Below are positions 9,587-19,342 of a DNA stretch of 64,000 nucleotides, piece by piece. How positions within the stretch are numbered: the stretch's first letter is position 1; each line of letters starts with the position of its first letter. The position numbers were made by a program, and so were the translations under genes. The DNA is from a virus (taxonomy: Duplodnaviria > Heunggongvirae > Uroviricota > Caudoviricetes), in the IMG/VR virus record IMGVR_UViG_3300044765_000092, positions 94,679-158,678 of that record; one strand, given 5' to 3'. The notes beneath the pieces were generated by a model. That model was not told where the DNA came from and made no database searches. It worked only from the letters and a program-made list of their open reading frames with translations.

Positions 9587-9817
9587 TCAGAAAGGGCCGC
9601 TGCTCGTGGTCATGGTATCGTCGCCACTGGTAGACGGGTCTGTCCCAGTTGCAGTTTCGGCCGATGTGGGCTCGTTTTCAATCCGGTTGATTTCGTTCTC
9701 GATAAAGACCAGAACAGCCTTTAGCTGGTCAACACGCATCGCCACCGGCTGGTCACGATGCGTGCTGATAGAACGGACTGACTGTTGAAGATGTTGAAGT
9801 TTACGTCCGAGATCCAT
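9587..9817 (-). CDS. Hypothetical protein
   Basis: Co-oriented, tightly packed, GGA-type RBS. Confidence 0.6.
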   Translation of the reverse strand: MDLGRKLQHLQQSVRSISTHRDQPVAMRVDQLKAVLVFIENEINRIENEPTSAETATGTDPSTSGDDTMTTSSGPF

Positions 9818-9822
9818 AGTCG

Positions 9823-10239
9823 TTAGTTACCAGCAGTGATGGAGAAGGTGTCGACCGTCAGGGTTTGGCCCGTGGCAATGCTATTGTTGTTCAACGTCAT
9901 GTCACCGCCACCACCAGTAGCCGTCACTGTACCTTGGATGTGGCAGTTCGTGCCCGTCGAATCGTAGATTCGGAAGAACGTGGCAGCCGTGCCGGTGCTG
10001 GCACCTGCTTGACCAGTCAAAGTCCAAGTACCCGACTTGGCTTTAGAACCAGACGAAGCGTTGGCCATCCAGTCGCTCGGCAGAGTGCCTTGTGCGAGCA
10101 GCGTGTTGCTCGACAGAGCAGTGTCGGCGTTGGCCGGAGCCGTGCCGTTGTACAGATTCAGAATCGGACTCGTGCCGATTGTGGTTTCCGTCTGGTCCAG
10201 ACGGGCGTTCTTGACGGTGACGCTGTAGCTAAGAGTCAT
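9823..10239 (-). CDS. Small phage structural protein (usually beside repeat fibre genes)
   Basis: VKNARLD...LNLYNGTAPANAD...ATFFRIYD...QGTV...DMTL pattern typical of phage virion proteins. Confidence 0.6.
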   Translation of the reverse strand: MTLSYSVTVKNARLDQTETTIGTSPILNLYNGTAPANADTALSSNTLLAQGTLPSDWMANASSGSKAKSGTWTLTGQAGASTGTAATFFRIYDSTGTNCHIQGTVTATGGGGDMTLNNNSIATGQTLTVDTFSITAGN

Positions 10240-10254
10240 TTGGTACTCCGTGGA

Positions 10255-10737
10255 TTATGCTAGGAAGACGACTGGCATCGGTGACACCAGGATCTGAGTT
10301 GCGGTGATAGCTACCGCGAGTTGTTTGAGGAACAAAGCCCCGAGTGGAAGCGATTGTGTGAGCGTGCCGTTGGCGCCGACCACAACTGGAAGACCTGGAG
10401 CCCAGGCCCAATTCGAACTGGTCATCAGACTGAGTAGCCTGACCGACACAGGTGACCCAGCGGTAACAGTGTTGACTGCGATACCGATCGAGGTGTATCC
10501 GTGAGCCTGTGTCGTACAACTGGCGGGCACCACTCCACCAGCGACCACCGCGATTGGCTGACCGGCAGTGATTGGTGATAGCGCCGTGAACTGCTGAACG
10601 ACACCAGATTCACCCGGAGCACCGACGGCTGAGGTCTCGATCACCGATGGTGCAGCCACTGACGTAACAATCACCGAGTTCGAGGTCTGGACTACGACAG
10701 TGCTTTGAACGCTGGTTACTGTTGTGTCGTTACTCAT
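10255..10737 (-). CDS. Putative virion accessory protein (cement/fibre-like beta fold)
   Basis: ITAGQPIAVV...IGIAV...WAWAPGLPVVVGANGTLTQ. Confidence 0.5.
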   Translation of the reverse strand: MSNDTTVTSVQSTVVVQTSNSVIVTSVAAPSVIETSAVGAPGESGVVQQFTALSPITAGQPIAVVAGGVVPASCTTQAHGYTSIGIAVNTVTAGSPVSVRLLSLMTSSNWAWAPGLPVVVGANGTLTQSLPLGALFLKQLAVAITATQILVSPMPVVFLA

Positions 10738-11105
10738 GGTGATGGAACATAGCTCAAGTTGGTGACTGCCGGACTGACGGTCACTGTGCCACTCATGATG
10801 CGTGTCACGTCACCTGACGGAGCAACCAAATCTACGTCGTACACCAGCGTAGGTGCTACGATCGCCGCTGATTGCGTTGACGTGATGACCAACGTAAACG
10901 TGCCACTCGGCCCGTCGATCAACACACCACCATTTGCAGTAGTCAGATCAAGCAGAGGCACCGTGTCGGTGATAAGCGCTTTGAACTGACTACGTGCCGT
11001 GTAGTTGGTCAGGTCGACGATCGAACCATTGAGTTTCCAGGTGAACGCTTGTCGTAGCGTTGCTCCCTGATAGAGCGTGAAGTTGAAGGTTCCTGGACTA
11101 GTCAT
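10734..11105 (-). CDS. Ig-like beta-sandwich phage protein (BppU/LtfC-like)
   Basis: FTLYQGAT...VDLTNYTARSQF...GTFTLVIT...VYDVDL...GTVTV. Confidence 0.6.
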   Translation of the reverse strand: MTSPGTFNFTLYQGATLRQAFTWKLNGSIVDLTNYTARSQFKALITDTVPLLDLTTANGGVLIDGPSGTFTLVITSTQSAAIVAPTLVYDVDLVAPSGDVTRIMSGTVTVSPAVTNLSYVPSP

Positions 11106-11143
11106 GGTAGATCTCTGTTGTGGTTAGATTAGATCAGATCGGA

Positions 11144-12406
11144 TCAGCCGTTGATGATCCTCGTGACTTGACGCAGCTTCTGGTCGTCAAGGCCATATTG
11201 CTGCTTCAGGAACTCCAGCTCGTGAACATTGATTTGGTTGTCCTTAGCCAGATTAGCGAGCAGGAAGGTGACGGCCGGTTGTCCATCCACTGTCTTCTGT
11301 CGCATCTTGAGCTTGACCTTTGGTGCAGTCTTACGACCATCTGGTCCAACATCGGAGATGCCTGGCACATCGTTCATCAAGCTGCGCACTTCAAGGTACA
11401 GGGCTTTGAACGTGTTCTCGACCACTGCTTCAGTCAGGTTCGGCATAAGCACGAAAGTCAGACTGCCCTCGTCAACTTGGATCTTGTTGATGCGCTTCGC
11501 CACACTGAACTTGCTCTTGGTGATTGCCGCCGGATCCAGGTTATGAGGCAGCGTACCGATGTCGTTTGCCACGTTCTCCAGACTGAGCAACGCGCCAATT
11601 GCGTTGCTTGCCTGAGTCGCGTTCTTGACGTTCTTACCAGGACTGAACTTACCCGGAGTCGCGAACTCGTGCAGCACCGTCACATAGTACGCAGCATCAA
11701 GTTGAGCTTTGGTCTCGCCTGGACGCAGGATACAGGTGAACACCAAGAAGAATTCCGGATGCACGTTACCTGCTTCGTCACGCAGATTCTTCAACTGAAC
11801 CCACACCGTGAACGTCATGTGACCTTCGATGTTTGTGGATGCAGCCGCTCGTGTCGTATAGCTGTCGTATTGCAGTTGATCACCAAGCAGTTCAAGCGTT
11901 TGGACAATCAGCTTCTTGAACGGCTTAGGTGCGTATTCCTTACCCACCTTTTCCAGGAAGTCGAGCGCCTTGCTGATCTGATCCTGAACACGCTTCTGCA
12001 TGTCCTGGATGTTCTTTAGCATCTGTTCGCTACCCTTGACGCCACGGAAGTTGACCGTCACAGAGTTGGACAGCGCTCGTAGCTGATCAAGCTTATCCCA
12101 CAGACTGTTGACTACGTCAAAGTTGCGTTTCAACAGATCAAGGTTTGGTACCGAGAAGCTGTCGATGGTCGTCAGCTTGATCTTTGGATTGGCTGCCCGT
12201 GGAGTTATCTCAAACTCAAGCGACGCAGCCTTCTGAAATGATTTTCCTGCCAGTCGTGCAAACTGCTTCTCGTACGATTGAAGCAAGCTCTCGTCCTGGT
12301 CCAGGTCCTCACCAATCGCATTGAGCATCTTCTCAACATCAACTAGCGAACGGAAGTTCGTTTCACTGATGGCAGAAGTGCTGATCACCAACCGTTTGAG
12401 TGCCAT
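11144..12406 (-). CDS. Hypothetical protein, 420 aa
   Basis: Long co-oriented ORF with typical codon usage; no recognised motif. Confidence 0.75.
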   Translation of the reverse strand: MALKRLVISTSAISETNFRSLVDVEKMLNAIGEDLDQDESLLQSYEKQFARLAGKSFQKAASLEFEITPRAANPKIKLTTIDSFSVPNLDLLKRNFDVVNSLWDKLDQLRALSNSVTVNFRGVKGSEQMLKNIQDMQKRVQDQISKALDFLEKVGKEYAPKPFKKLIVQTLELLGDQLQYDSYTTRAAASTNIEGHMTFTVWVQLKNLRDEAGNVHPEFFLVFTCILRPGETKAQLDAAYYVTVLHEFATPGKFSPGKNVKNATQASNAIGALLSLENVANDIGTLPHNLDPAAITKSKFSVAKRINKIQVDEGSLTFVLMPNLTEAVVENTFKALYLEVRSLMNDVPGISDVGPDGRKTAPKVKLKMRQKTVDGQPAVTFLLANLAKDNQINVHELEFLKQQYGLDDQKLRQVTRIING

Positions 12407-12462
12407 GATGGATCTGTAGTATGTGTTGTAGTAGGATTGACCGTTTGGTCTACCCGTTCAAA

Positions 12463-13728
12463 TTATGCTGACTCTGGAGGTACGGCGTTGGACCGTGCAG
12501 GATTACTCGACTGTTGGGCTGTCCGATGTCGACGCGGAAGCACATTCGCCCATTCTTCTGGTTGAACAACGTGAGCGTTGCATTCCCAACCGTAGAAATT
12601 GCGATTACGATCCGACCACGGAGTTACGTCTTCAACCGAGAAGGCTTTGCCGAATACTGATTCGATGATCACGTCGCGTGCTTGAAGCACAGGCACCCGC
12701 GAACTGCAAACCAGCTGAACCGAGTTGGTCTTGTCGAGTTTTGCCCCATCCGCTGACTGCGCGAGCTTCGGAATGTCGACACGAATCGGATTGTTTGTCA
12801 AGTTGATCTGCAGTTCCAAGTGAGTGAAATACGTCAGCTCATCGAATTGCACACTAATAGTGTGCGACCGACCATCACACACAGAACGTAGCACATCCCA
12901 CGAGTACGGAACTTGATCGACAAGCAATGTCTGTGGCGCAACCACATCCATGTTGTTCCACAGACGAATCGTGTCGATGTTGACACACCCAGAGGGCATC
13001 ACTACGTTGAAATCAACTTGTGTGGCAAAGAATGCGTGTGGAACTTGATTTGCTTCGACCGTGCCATTGAGGACTGATATGTTGGCCCACTGAGTGGACA
13101 GACATTGACGCCACGCACCGACCGGCGAGTAACCTCCGACAAAGCCGGTGCCCAAGCAGATCATGCAGCGACTGTCTGACAGATCGATGTTGTCAAACTG
13201 TTCGGTAATGTCGTCGAGCGATACAGCAGTTCCGGGTCCGTTTGCAGAATCAGAAATCGAGGTCTCGATATCCTTTGCATACGTGTCGGTAATGTCGGGA
13301 CTTGCGTTGTCGAACACAAGCACATCCTCGTCGTCGACTTCACCCCACTGCTGATCAGGTTGAATTGGTTCGGGGATGTTTCGCACGCCACGTAGATCCT
13401 CACGGGGTGGCACGCGCTCGGCATACGGAGTAACGGTGAATTCCATGCCACCGGTCAACAGTTCGTTGATCTTACCGATGGGCAGCTTTCCGTCTTCGCC
13501 GAGTTGCGAAGTCAAGACCGAACGGTGAGCTTGACAAGAACACGGGATACCGTGCGCAAGCCGCTTGTACAGAATCACTTCGTACCCGTTGGTCTGAATC
13601 GCATTGTCGTTCTTACGCTGCTGATACGCAGCGAGTTGACCGATCATGCGCTGAGCGATCGTTGTTGTACGATTGTTCTGCGGCAGGATCTGGTTGTTTG
13701 TCCGGCTAGGTGTCGTCTTGATACCCAT
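12463..13728 (-). CDS. Putative virion structural (neck/tail completion-like) protein
   Basis: CSC...CMICLGTGFVGGY motif typical of large-myovirus structural proteins; start placed at the second Met (13728). Confidence 0.55.
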   Translation of the reverse strand: MGIKTTPSRTNNQILPQNNRTTTIAQRMIGQLAAYQQRKNDNAIQTNGYEVILYKRLAHGIPCSCQAHRSVLTSQLGEDGKLPIGKINELLTGGMEFTVTPYAERVPPREDLRGVRNIPEPIQPDQQWGEVDDEDVLVFDNASPDITDTYAKDIETSISDSANGPGTAVSLDDITEQFDNIDLSDSRCMICLGTGFVGGYSPVGAWRQCLSTQWANISVLNGTVEANQVPHAFFATQVDFNVVMPSGCVNIDTIRLWNNMDVVAPQTLLVDQVPYSWDVLRSVCDGRSHTISVQFDELTYFTHLELQINLTNNPIRVDIPKLAQSADGAKLDKTNSVQLVCSSRVPVLQARDVIIESVFGKAFSVEDVTPWSDRNRNFYGWECNAHVVQPEEWANVLPRRHRTAQQSSNPARSNAVPPESA

Positions 13729-13802
13729 GCGATGTGCCTCCACACGCGAGTAATTTGAGTGCGATAGATGCAATCAAATTAACCGGACAGGATGTAAATT
13801 CA

Positions 13803-14405
13803 ATGGTGAGAAAGACAATCTTCGCCCATGATCCAGGCACCAGATCGTACGGATACGCGATCGTGGTGATAGAACGTGATGGTCGAGGCAAGCTCCGGGC
13901 TCAGGTAGTTGAGAACGGGCTGTGTCCGTCGACTATCGTGAACCTCAAGAACCCAAAGGTAATGACGGCCGAACACCGAGCTTACGGTCAGTGGTTGTAT
14001 CAAGTAATGTCGCGCCATAAGATTGACGCGATCTCAGCTGAACGATACATGACACGTGGGATCAAAGGCCCGACAGTCGAGGCCGTGAACATGATGATCG
14101 GAACACTATTGTGTGCCGGAGCAACGTTTGGAATCCCAGTCAAGGTTATGCCCGCGGCTACGTGGAAGAACGCAGTGCGTCGTAGCGGAATTGAATTGGC
14201 TACGATGTACAAAGCAGTGAGAGTAACGCCTCACCAACTAGATAGTTCACTTCAGGGGATTTATACCGGCTGCTCAGGATTCCGCGTGAAAGACTACGGT
14301 GACCTAAACTTGCGGTCGATCGCACGATCGCTAGTGAAGCAGATCGATGCGAGTTCAACCAACCGATTGATTAACAGAAAGACGATTGATGTTCTGTCCT
14401 CTTGA
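13803..14405 (+). CDS. ruvC: RuvC-like Holliday junction resolvase
   Basis: IFAHDPGTRSYGYAIV (catalytic D), ISAERY (E) and HQLDS (D) in the RNase H-fold order. Confidence 0.75.
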   Translation: MVRKTIFAHDPGTRSYGYAIVVIERDGRGKLRAQVVENGLCPSTIVNLKNPKVMTAEHRAYGQWLYQVMSRHKIDAISAERYMTRGIKGPTVEAVNMMIGTLLCAGATFGIPVKVMPAATWKNAVRRSGIELATMYKAVRVTPHQLDSSLQGIYTGCSGFRVKDYGDLNLRSIARSLVKQIDASSTNRLINRKTIDVLSS

Positions 14406-14853
14406 GCTCATAGAACTGAAGACTGAACTGTGTCCGGCACGGAGCTGCATGTACAAGACATCCGTCGGTCAGTGCGCGCACGACCAATTGACAGATCCTG
14501 GTGTCGATGTGCAAGACATTGCGACTGCACGTGGACAGAAAGTGTACATCATCCGTCAGTTAGCTGCACAAGCGAAACAGAGTGTGCAGGCCGGAATTGT
14601 GATCGACAAGTATTCGTCGTTCGTACGAGAGAGCTGGCCAACAAAGACAGGTCAAACTGTAAATGCGAAGGCAACAACGGTCGATGAGAAAGAACAACAC
14701 GAGTCAACCGTTCTCCGCAAAGTTTTTGGACTGTCTGCCGAACAACAAGCTCTCTTCTGGGATACCGAACGGTACGAAGGGTGGCGGACCAGAAACTCAG
14801 TAAGTCTGTCGTTGACGGAACTGCGACAGGCGCTATTGACAGCCAAACTCTGA
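14386..14853 (+). CDS. Hypothetical Cys-containing protein
   Basis: CPARSCMY...CAH at the N-terminus; overlaps the ruvC stop. Confidence 0.65.
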   Translation: MMFCPLELIELKTELCPARSCMYKTSVGQCAHDQLTDPGVDVQDIATARGQKVYIIRQLAAQAKQSVQAGIVIDKYSSFVRESWPTKTGQTVNAKATTVDEKEQHESTVLRKVFGLSAEQQALFWDTERYEGWRTRNSVSLSLTELRQALLTAKL

Positions 14854-14876
14854 ACCGGAAAAGTATTCACTACATC

Positions 14877-15569
14877 ATGGCAACTGTTAGCAAAACTCAT
14901 TCGTCGGCCACAGCCACACGTCGGATTCGCAAGTGGACAACCCTTGACGAGCTGGAACAAGAAGACAAGGGTCGTGTCTTCGTCATCAATAACTCTGAAG
15001 GCGCGCAGCGCGGGATGATCCTGATCCCGGTGCAGAAGCAGAACGGCAAGTCCGAGCTGGTGCGCGTTCCAAAGACCTACATTCCTGTTGACCTGACTCA
15101 ACAGATCACCAAGAAAGCTCTGCTCGAGAGCTCGGAGTTTCGACGCACGGTCATGCGTGGTCTCATTCAGCTGGTGAGCAGCGAATACGCGACCTATGTG
15201 CTGTCGACCGAGGAAGGCAAAGCTGAGAAGCAGCGCATCGACAACGAGATGAAGGCTGCTCAACAAAGCGTGTTGGCCGCAACCACAATGGAAACGGATG
15301 GCAAGCCAGCGAAAGACGACGATGACGGATTTGTCGAAGTCGAGGACGTCAAGGCCGAACTCAAGACCAAGGCGGTGCAGACAGCTACTGCAGACCAGAA
15401 GGTCAAGCAAATGTGTGCTGACGCAGTCCACGAAGAGTGGGATCAGCTCAAGATTGTCAACTGGATGCGCAGCTATGGCAAGATGACAACGGCTGATCTC
15501 AGGTACGTGAATCAGCGTCTAGGCGACAAACCCAAGGTTGCCAAGTTCATGAAGAGCTTGGCTCAGTAA
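14877..15569 (+). CDS. Hypothetical protein
   Basis: Long ORF ending just before a strong terminator; start placed at MATVSKT. Confidence 0.75.
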   Translation: MATVSKTHSSATATRRIRKWTTLDELEQEDKGRVFVINNSEGAQRGMILIPVQKQNGKSELVRVPKTYIPVDLTQQITKKALLESSEFRRTVMRGLIQLVSSEYATYVLSTEEGKAEKQRIDNEMKAAQQSVLAATTMETDGKPAKDDDDGFVEVEDVKAELKTKAVQTATADQKVKQMCADAVHEEWDQLKIVNWMRSYGKMTTADLRYVNQRLGDKPKVAKFMKSLAQ

Positions 15570-15585
15570 GCGAATCCACCAAGTC

Positions 15586-15625
15586 AAAAGGGGGCGTGTC
15601 CGCAAGGACACGCCCCCTTTCTTTT
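15586..15625. terminator. Bidirectional rho-independent terminator
   Basis: AAAAGGGGGCGTGTCC-GCAA-GGACACGCCCCCTTTCTTTT between convergent genes; GNRA loop with A and T tracts on either side. Confidence 0.9.
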
Positions 15626-15646
15626 GGGCTGACGAATTGTTCGTGC

Positions 15647-15916
15647 TCAGTTGGTGAGGTCAGTGAGGTTGCGGCGCTGAGCTTCAGCCCGAACCATCGC
15701 CAGATGTGCTCGAAGCTGTTCATCGGACATGGACGCTGTGTCAGCACCATTGATCGTTGCCTGGGCAAAGCCAAGCATGTACGCTCCGTTGAGCGCAGCG
15801 CAATAGAACGCGGCGTTCTCGGTCGATTCGGTCTCGAAATCGACCGCAGGTCCCTTGACCTGATAGTTTTTGTGCACGATGTATGGCTGATGATCAGTCA
15901 ACTTAATGGTTGGCAT
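15647..15916 (-). CDS. Hypothetical protein
   Basis: Start MPTIKL with AGGAG RBS. Confidence 0.7.
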   Translation of the reverse strand: MPTIKLTDHQPYIVHKNYQVKGPAVDFETESTENAAFYCAALNGAYMLGFAQATINGADTASMSDEQLRAHLAMVRAEAQRRNLTDLTN

Positions 15917-16133
15917 GGTCTTGGTTCTCCTGTTGTTTGACCCTGGTCTTCTGCACTTGCACTTGAATCTTCTCCAAGAAACGCCGTTGCACATATACTA
16001 CCCGACCGCCCGTCAGGCCATTTCTGGGATCAGGCACAAGTTCCACGACTGGGACCAACGGTTCTAGATACGTGGTCGGCACTCCTATGTCGCATAGTGG
16101 ACACAGTTTAACGGGTGGTCGATCAGTCTTCAC
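15903..16133 (-). CDS. Small hypothetical protein (CxxC)
   Basis: Fills the gap with short overlaps at both ends; CPLC motif. Confidence 0.5.
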   Translation of the reverse strand: MKTDRPPVKLCPLCDIGVPTTYLEPLVPVVELVPDPRNGLTGGRVVYVQRRFLEKIQVQVQKTRVKQQENQDHANH

Positions 16134-16425
16134 GCTCTACTCCATCGTCTTCGGCGTCCACAACTTCGGGGCGCGGACGACGTTCAGCATCATTGACCTC
16201 CACAGAACGTAGTTTGGTTCGCAGCAGATGACGCGCCGAGTACGCCGACTCGATGTATCCGCGACGAAACGGGAAGTTCCGCCCGTACTTTGCACGCAAT
16301 GACTTGCATGCTGCTCGATACACTTTGATCATCTGCGTGGCTGCGGACACCGCACCGTCAACACCGTCACGCTGACGGTAGAATTCAAGACGCTGAGCTT
16401 CATAGTCAGGGTTCAGCATTGTCAA
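16123..16425 (-). CDS. Hypothetical protein
   Basis: ATGA-coupled to the upstream gene. Confidence 0.7.
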   Translation of the reverse strand: MTMLNPDYEAQRLEFYRQRDGVDGAVSAATQMIKVYRAACKSLRAKYGRNFPFRRGYIESAYSARHLLRTKLRSVEVNDAERRPRPEVVDAEDDGVERED

Positions 16426-17000
16426 GCTCCCATCAGTGGACCCGCAATCGCCAACACTGGATCTGGCATGTCGTCCGCTAGGTCAAGAACCAAATGAGCA
16501 GGCCACTTGACGGGCCGACCGATGGTCTTTCCTTCGTTGAGCGCCTTGTAGTTGCGATATCGCACCCACGACCAGTAGTTATCGGCGTAGCCTTTGTGAT
16601 CGCGTTCACGACGGGCCTTGTCCTCACGTTCCGACCTAAGCCACCACTTGTGATGGCCAAAGGCCCATGCCAGCTTGCGGCTGGACACGTTGATGTTTCG
16701 CCGGGCCCGAAGAAAGAGGTTCTGCCTGCCGTTGCTGGTCTTCAGGTCGTAAGGTATGTTGGGCATCCGCATACACTTGCGATACAGGTAGCCAGCCTTG
16801 ATCTCCAGTGGTGGTCGACCTAACGACTCCCACACATAGTAGGAAGGTTCGTCCTCGTCCAGGAGTTCGACCTTCACGTACTTGTTGCCGTCGTACCCAA
16901 CGACTTTGACGTGACGAATCGGTGCCAGTTGACCCGGCACGTCACCGAGCTCGTCGAACGGATAGTCGGTCCACCCGGTGACGCGTTTGCACTTTTTCAT
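16422..17000 (-). CDS. Hypothetical protein
   Basis: Start MKKCKRVTGWTDYPF with GGAGG RBS. Confidence 0.7.
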   Translation of the reverse strand: MKKCKRVTGWTDYPFDELGDVPGQLAPIRHVKVVGYDGNKYVKVELLDEDEPSYYVWESLGRPPLEIKAGYLYRKCMRMPNIPYDLKTSNGRQNLFLRARRNINVSSRKLAWAFGHHKWWLRSEREDKARRERDHKGYADNYWSWVRYRNYKALNEGKTIGRPVKWPAHLVLDLADDMPDPVLAIAGPLMGA

Positions 17001-17001
17001 C

Positions 17002-17586
17002 TCAGTCCTCCAGGTCCACGACATCAGCCAGCTTGGCCGCGTAGGCCACGAGCAGCTTCTTGACCGAATCACGGTTCAGGCATTCGTTGCCGCACACCCA
17101 GCCCGTGCCATCGTCCTTCGGACGAACACTCAGCTGACCAAAGCCGACGCCCGACCAACTCCAGCTGAAGTGGATTTTCGCGGCCATGACGTCGTGGGCT
17201 GTAACCTGCGGCTCAAACTTCATTGGTTCGGGCGTCAGGCCAGCCCGATGGACTTCGAGTTGGATGGCCCAACGGTAGAAGGCCTGACAGTAGTCTTCCA
17301 CCTGTTGACGCGACCAGACTGGGGTTTTGGCCCCAAGGCCACGCGCTACGTCTGTTACTTCGAACACCGGCTCCGGCATCCGCGGCTTGAGCAACGGACC
17401 ACGCTGCTCTTCCATGTTGTGGGCTGCCAACGCGATCTCCTGAAGATTGCGCATCTGCTGTGCCAGCTCTTCCAGCCAGATCTGGCATTCGGTCGTCAGG
17501 GCTTCGGCCCCGACCACTTCGACAAAGCGTTCGACCAGACGAGGCAGAATGAACTTCGTGTGGGAAGTGGATTGATCGTTGTTCAT
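17002..17586 (-). CDS. Hypothetical protein
   Basis: AAGGAG RBS; packed ORF. Confidence 0.7.
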   Translation of the reverse strand: MNNDQSTSHTKFILPRLVERFVEVVGAEALTTECQIWLEELAQQMRNLQEIALAAHNMEEQRGPLLKPRMPEPVFEVTDVARGLGAKTPVWSRQQVEDYCQAFYRWAIQLEVHRAGLTPEPMKFEPQVTAHDVMAAKIHFSWSWSGVGFGQLSVRPKDDGTGWVCGNECLNRDSVKKLLVAYAAKLADVVDLED

Positions 17587-17613
17587 ACGTTTCTCCTTGA
17601 GGGCGGAGTTGAG

Positions 17614-17820
17614 TTAGTCGGGTGAGGGCCCGATGTCAACGGTTTCGAGCTTGATAACCTCGATCGGCGTAGGGTCGTCCCAATCTGTTCTAGCAGTCAT
17701 CACTTCGGGTTCGAGCCTTATTTCATAGAGCTCATTGAAGTGACCGACGACGCCAACAGGTTTCCTGAGATCGTTTGGATTCTGTGACCGGAGCCAGCGA
17801 AGCAAGTCGTATCCAGTCAT
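17614..17820 (-). CDS. Small hypothetical protein
   Basis: Start MTGYDLL with GAGG RBS. Confidence 0.6.
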   Translation of the reverse strand: MTGYDLLRWLRSQNPNDLRKPVGVVGHFNELYEIRLEPEVMTARTDWDDPTPIEVIKLETVDIGPSPD

Positions 17821-17827
17821 ACGGACC

Positions 17828-17953
17828 TCAGTCGTCCAGATCGAACAGGAGGAAGGCCAGAAAACCAAGGACGGTACGTACTCCGTAGACGAGGCCTTCG
17901 CCAAGGAGGACAATACTGTCGCTCCACTCCTCAGCCGTTGGAAGCAGTTTCAT
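17828..17953 (-). CDS. Small hydrophobic peptide (41 aa)
   Basis: MKLLPTAEEW...LGFLAFLLF with AAGGAG RBS. Confidence 0.45.
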   Translation of the reverse strand: MKLLPTAEEWSDSIVLLGEGLVYGVRTVLGFLAFLLFDLDD

Positions 17954-18899
17954 CGTTTGCTCCTTGTTCGTTGACGTAGTGTGGCAGCAACAAGGTTGCG
18001 AGCTTGGCGAGTGCGAACTCGTTGAAGTAGGCCGAACCATCGGTTGCACACGTGACGCCACAGTCTTTCAGGGCCCATCGCAGTGCGTCGCCCGGTCCTG
18101 GACACTGGTTCCTGGTCTTGGCCTCGGTAGCTTTGATCTCGTCGGGTGTCGGCGTATGCACTCGTACGTGCTTCGGGTTGTTTCCCAAGTCACAGCCGGG
18201 TTCCCATTTGCCAGGACACTTGTCAGCTGGTCGGTCCTTGCAGGCGCACAGCGCCTGTAGATCGGCTGTAGGTTGAGCGTCCGAGTAAACTGGAATGTGC
18301 TTGATACCCTGTTCCTCCCAGCGCCGCCTCGTTTCCGCCTTGCGGGTCAGGGTGTCTTGGCCACGAACCCAGCCGAATGGTATGCGGTTCGGGGTTTGCA
18401 CCGGGTGACCGATGGGGAAGGCGGCACGAAACGCTTCACGCGCTGCTTCAATTCCTTGCAGTCCGTCATGAGCGCGTCCGTAGGCCATCACCGCGCGGTC
18501 GATCTGCTCATCCGTCAGTCCCTGCGCCACCGCCTCTGCTGCCCCCTGCTGCGCCACGGGAGGGCGGGCGGCGAGAAGGTCGTGGACAGCGCCGAACGCT
18601 CGGCGAGCCGACACATGCCTCGGTCTGCGATCTTCCGGCAGGTCGTCGGAACATTGAATCTCGCCACGGATCAAGGCCCGTATCGCATCAGCGAGCAATT
18701 CCTCACGGTCGGCCGCCACCGGCTCGGCCTGCGGCTGGGCTGTGTGAACAGTGTATAGAGCTTCTCGCGTGAGGTTGTCCGCTAACTCGTAGAGCCTGAC
18801 CTGAAGTGGGTCACAGTCGGCTACGTTTGGCATGCGATCCGCGATCTTTTTCAACTCAGCCGCCAGCGCCTCGGCCGTCTTGGTGGTGGTGTCGGTCAC
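17931..18899 (-). CDS. Mosaic phage early protein
   Basis: 322 aa; modules joined by AQPQAEPVA / AQGLTD linkers. Confidence 0.7.
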   Translation of the reverse strand: MTDTTTKTAEALAAELKKIADRMPNVADCDPLQVRLYELADNLTREALYTVHTAQPQAEPVAADREELLADAIRALIRGEIQCSDDLPEDRRPRHVSARRAFGAVHDLLAARPPVAQQGAAEAVAQGLTDEQIDRAVMAYGRAHDGLQGIEAAREAFRAAFPIGHPVQTPNRIPFGWVRGQDTLTRKAETRRRWEEQGIKHIPVYSDAQPTADLQALCACKDRPADKCPGKWEPGCDLGNNPKHVRVHTPTPDEIKATEAKTRNQCPGPGDALRWALKDCGVTCATDGSAYFNEFALAKLATLLLPHYVNEQGANDETASNG

Positions 18900-19312
18900 T
18901 TGTGTTCTCCGGTTGAGAGGGCGGCACGGACAGCAGCCCGAAGGCTTTCGTGCTCACTGATGATCGGTTGATCGCCGAAGATCGCCACGACCTCCGTCGT
19001 CTCGTCTGCTCTATTTCGACCGATGGTTACTGAGTCGGCGAGTTCGAGCCAGTCAAGGACCGCCGCATCCGTCAGTCCCTGCGCCACTGGCTCGGCCTGC
19101 GTCTGTGCCATTGTCGCTGCCGCCGTCGCTGCAGCGACAACCGCAAAGATCTCAGGCGCGAGAGTTTCGCGGATATGGATCGCGAAGTAACCGGCCTCAG
19201 TCTTCACAGTAGCCATGCGACCGAAGAGCGCTTCGTGCTTTTGAAGCACGGTCCGTAGGGCCTGAGTCAGGGCCTCGGCAGTCGTAGTGCGAGGTTGTTG
19301 AGCGTTGTCCAT
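18896..19312 (-). CDS. Hypothetical protein sharing linker sequence with the downstream gene
   Basis: GGAG RBS; AQTQAEPVAQGLTD linker. Confidence 0.7.
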   Translation of the reverse strand: MDNAQQPRTTTAEALTQALRTVLQKHEALFGRMATVKTEAGYFAIHIRETLAPEIFAVVAAATAAATMAQTQAEPVAQGLTDAAVLDWLELADSVTIGRNRADETTEVVAIFGDQPIISEHESLRAAVRAALSTGEHK

Positions 19313-19342
19313 CGTTCGTTGCTCCGTTGGGTTGGACAGTGA

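Noticed and set aside
11106-11148. AGATC-like pentamer repeats in a short intergenic gap
   Set aside because: Too short and degenerate to support a function.
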